Below, piece after piece: positions 61,301-64,000 of a stretch of 64,000 nucleotides of DNA (position 1 is the stretch's first letter; each line of letters opens with the position of its first letter). This stretch comes from Eledone cirrhosa. Its lineage: Eukaryota. Both the position numbers and the translations under genes were made by a program. The stretch covers positions 19,964,001 to 20,028,000 of the forward strand of contig OZ024742.1 in assembly GCA_964016885.1 (NCBI GenBank), written 5' to 3'. The notes beneath the pieces were generated by a model that was not told where the DNA came from, searched no databases, and saw nothing but the letters and a program-made list of their open reading frames with translations.

Positions 61301-64000
61301 TTGACTTTGCTCTGAGGTTGACTTTGTCCCGAGGTTGACTTTGTCCCGAGGTTGACTTTGTCCTGAGGTTGACTTTGTCCTGATGTTGACTTTGCTCTGA
61401 GGTTGACTTTGCTCTGAGGTTGACTTTGTCCTGTGGTTGACATTGTCCTGAGGTTGACTTTGCCCTGAGGTTGACTTTGTCCTGAGGTTGACTTTGTCCT
61501 GAGGTTGACTTTGCCCTGAGGTTGACTTTGCTCTGAGGCTGACTTTGCTCTGAGGTTGACTTTGTCCTGAGGTTGACTTTGTCCTGAGGTTGACTTTGTC
61601 CTGAGGTTGACTTTGTCCTGGGGTTGACTTTGTCCTGAGGTTGACTTTGTCCTGAGGTTGAATTGGCTCTGAGGTTGACTTTGCTCTGAGGTTGACTTTG
61701 CTCTGAGGTTGACTTTGTTCTGAGGTTGACTTTGCTCTGAGGTTGACTTTGCCCTGAGGTTGACTTTGTCCTGAGGTTGACTTTGCTCTGAGGTTGACTT
61801 TGCTCTGAGGTTGATTTTGTTCTGAGGTTGACTTTGCCCTGAGGTTGATTTTGCTCTGAGGTTGACTTTGTCCTGAGGTTGACTTTATCCTGAGGTTGAC
61901 TTTGTCCTGAGGTTGACTTTGCTCTGAGGTTCACTTTGCTCTGCGGTTGACTTTGCTCTGAGGTTGACTTTGTCCTGAGGTTGACTTTGTCCTGAGGTTG
62001 ACTTTGTTCTGAGGTTGACTTTGCTCTGAGGATGACTTTGTCCCGAGGTTGACTTTGTCCCGTGGTTGACTTTGTCCTGAGGTTGACTTTGCTCTGAGGT
62101 TGACTTTGCTCTGAGGTTGACTTTTCTCTGAGGTTCACTTCGTCCTGAGGCTGACTTTGCTCTGAGGTTGACTTTGTCTTGAGGTTGACTTTGTACTGAG
62201 GTTGACTTTGCTCTAAGGTTGACTTTGCTCTGAGGTTGACTTTGCTCTGAGGTTCACTTCGTCCTGAGGCTGACTTTGCTCTGAGGTTGACTTTGTCTTG
62301 AGGTTGACTTTGTACTGAGGTTGACCTTGCTCTGAGGTTGACTTTGCTCTGAGGTTGACTTTGTCCTGAGTTTGAATTTGTCCTGAGGTTGACTTTGCTC
62401 TGAGGTTGACTTTGTCCTGAGTTTGAATTTGTCCTGAGGTTGACTTTGCTCTGAGGTTGACTTTGCTCTGAGGTTGACTTTGTCCTGAGTTTGAATTTGT
62501 CCTGAGGTTGACTTTGTTCCGAGGTTGACTTGACTCTGAGGTTGACTTTGTACCGAGGTTGACTTTGTCCCGAGGTTGACTTTGTCCTGAGGTTGACTTT
62601 GATCTGAGGTTGACTTCGCTCTGTGGTTGACTTTGTCCTGAGGTTGACTTTGTCCTGAGGTTGACTTTGCTCTGACGTTTACTTTGTCCTGAGGTTGACT
62701 TTGCCCTGAGGTTGATTTTGCTCTGAGGTTGACTTTGTCCTGAGGTTGACTTTGCTCTGAGGTTGACTTTGCTCTGAGGTTGACTTTGCTCTGAGGTTCA
62801 CTTCGTCCTGAGGCTGACTTTGCTCTGAGGTTGACTTTGTCTTGAGGTTGACTTTGTACTGAGGTTGACTTTGCTCTAAGGTTGACTTTGCTCTGAGGTT
62901 GACTTTGCTCTGAGGTTCACTTCGTCCTGAGGCTGACTTTGCTCTGAGGTTGACTTTGTCTTGAGGTTGACTTTGTACTGAGGTTGACCTTGCTCTGAGG
63001 TTGACTTTGCTCTGAGGTTGACTTTGTCCTGAGTTTGAATTTGTCCTGAGGTTGACTTTGCTCTGAGGTTGACTTTGTCCTGAGTTTGAATTTGTCCTGA
63101 GGTTGACTTTGCTCTGAGCTTGACTTTGCTCTGAGGTTGACTTTGTCCCGAGGTTGACTTTGTCCCGAGGTTGACTTTGCTCTGAGGTTGACTTTGCCCT
63201 GAGGTAGACTTTGTCGTGAGGTTGACTTTGCTCTGAGGTTGACTTTGCTCTGAGGTTGACTTTGTCCTGAGTTTGAATTTGTCCTGAGGTTGACTTTGTT
63301 CCGAGGTTGACTTGACTCTGAGGTTGACTTTGTACCGAGGTTGACTTTGTCCCGAGGTTGACTTTGTCCTGAGGTTGACTTTGATCTGAGGTTGACTTCG
63401 CTCTGTGGTTGACTTTGTCCTGAGGTTGACTTTGTCCTGAGGTTGACTTTGTTCTGAGGTTGATTTTGTCCTGAGGTTGACTTTGTCCTGAGGTTGACTT
63501 TGCTCTGAGGTTCACTTTGCTCTGAGTTTGACTTTGCTCTGAGGTTGACTTTGTCCTGAGGTTGACTTTGTCCTGAGGTTGACTTGGCTCTGAGGTTGAC
63601 TTTGTCCTGAGGTTGACTTTGTCCTGAGATTGACTTTGTCCTGAGGTTGACTTTGTCCTGAGGTTGACTTTGCTCTGACGTTTACTTTGTCCTGAGGTTG
63701 ACTTTGCCCTGAGGTTGATTTTGCTCTGAGGTTGACTTTGTCCTGAGGTTGACTTTGCTCTGAGGTTGACTTTGCTCTGAGGTTGACTTTGCTCTGAGGT
63801 TCACTTCGTCCTGAGGCTGACTTTGCTCTGAGGTTGACTTTGTCCTGAGGTTGACTTTGTCCTGAGGTTGACTTTGCTCTGAGGTTGACTTTGTCCTAAG
63901 GTTGACTTTGTCCTGAGATTGACTTTGTCCTGAGGTTGACTTTGTCCTGAGGTTGACTTTGCTTTGAGGTTGACTTTGCTCTGAGGTTGACTTCGTCCTG
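46324..64000. repeat. 17-bp satellite array CTGAGGTTGACTTTG(TC|CT), about 1040 units, continuing past the window end
   Basis: Direct reading; higher-order duplications with offsets 4929, 2872 and 3535 bp from identical ORF translations. Confidence 0.99.

Noticed and set aside
46540-63515. Long minus-strand ORFs (up to 1149 aa) of KVNLRTKSTSGQSQPQD repeats
   Set aside because: The 17-bp unit has no stop on the minus strand, so all three frames stay open with a 51-nt period. There are no unique termini or splice signals, so this is a satellite artefact.
46324-64000. CRISPR-like array
   Set aside because: Contiguous tandem units with no unique spacers, no cas genes and a eukaryotic context.

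Overview
Repeat-dense, AT-rich animal intergenic or intronic DNA. The SINE families and microsatellite load look like a cephalopod (Octopus-like) genome, which is an inference. No host protein-coding gene can be supported, and almost all listed ORFs are microsatellite or satellite artefacts. Bases 1-46.3 kb hold decayed LINEs (CR1/L2-group, RTE, CRE), one near full-length but frameshifted Tx1/L1-clade element (24.4-29.5 kb), a Penelope GIY-YIG fragment, two tRNA-derived SINE families and several MITEs. They also hold many foldback or tandem elements sitting in (TA)n tracts that carry type I hammerhead ribozyme (HHR) motifs. The best case is a retrozyme-like non-coding element at 38241-39133: two 298-bp direct repeats, each with a complete U3:A8-variant HHR, predicting a 595-nt self-cleaved monomer. 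From 46324 to the window end is a >17.6-kb array of a 17-bp satellite. It grows directly out of a SINE head and has multi-kb higher-order duplications.
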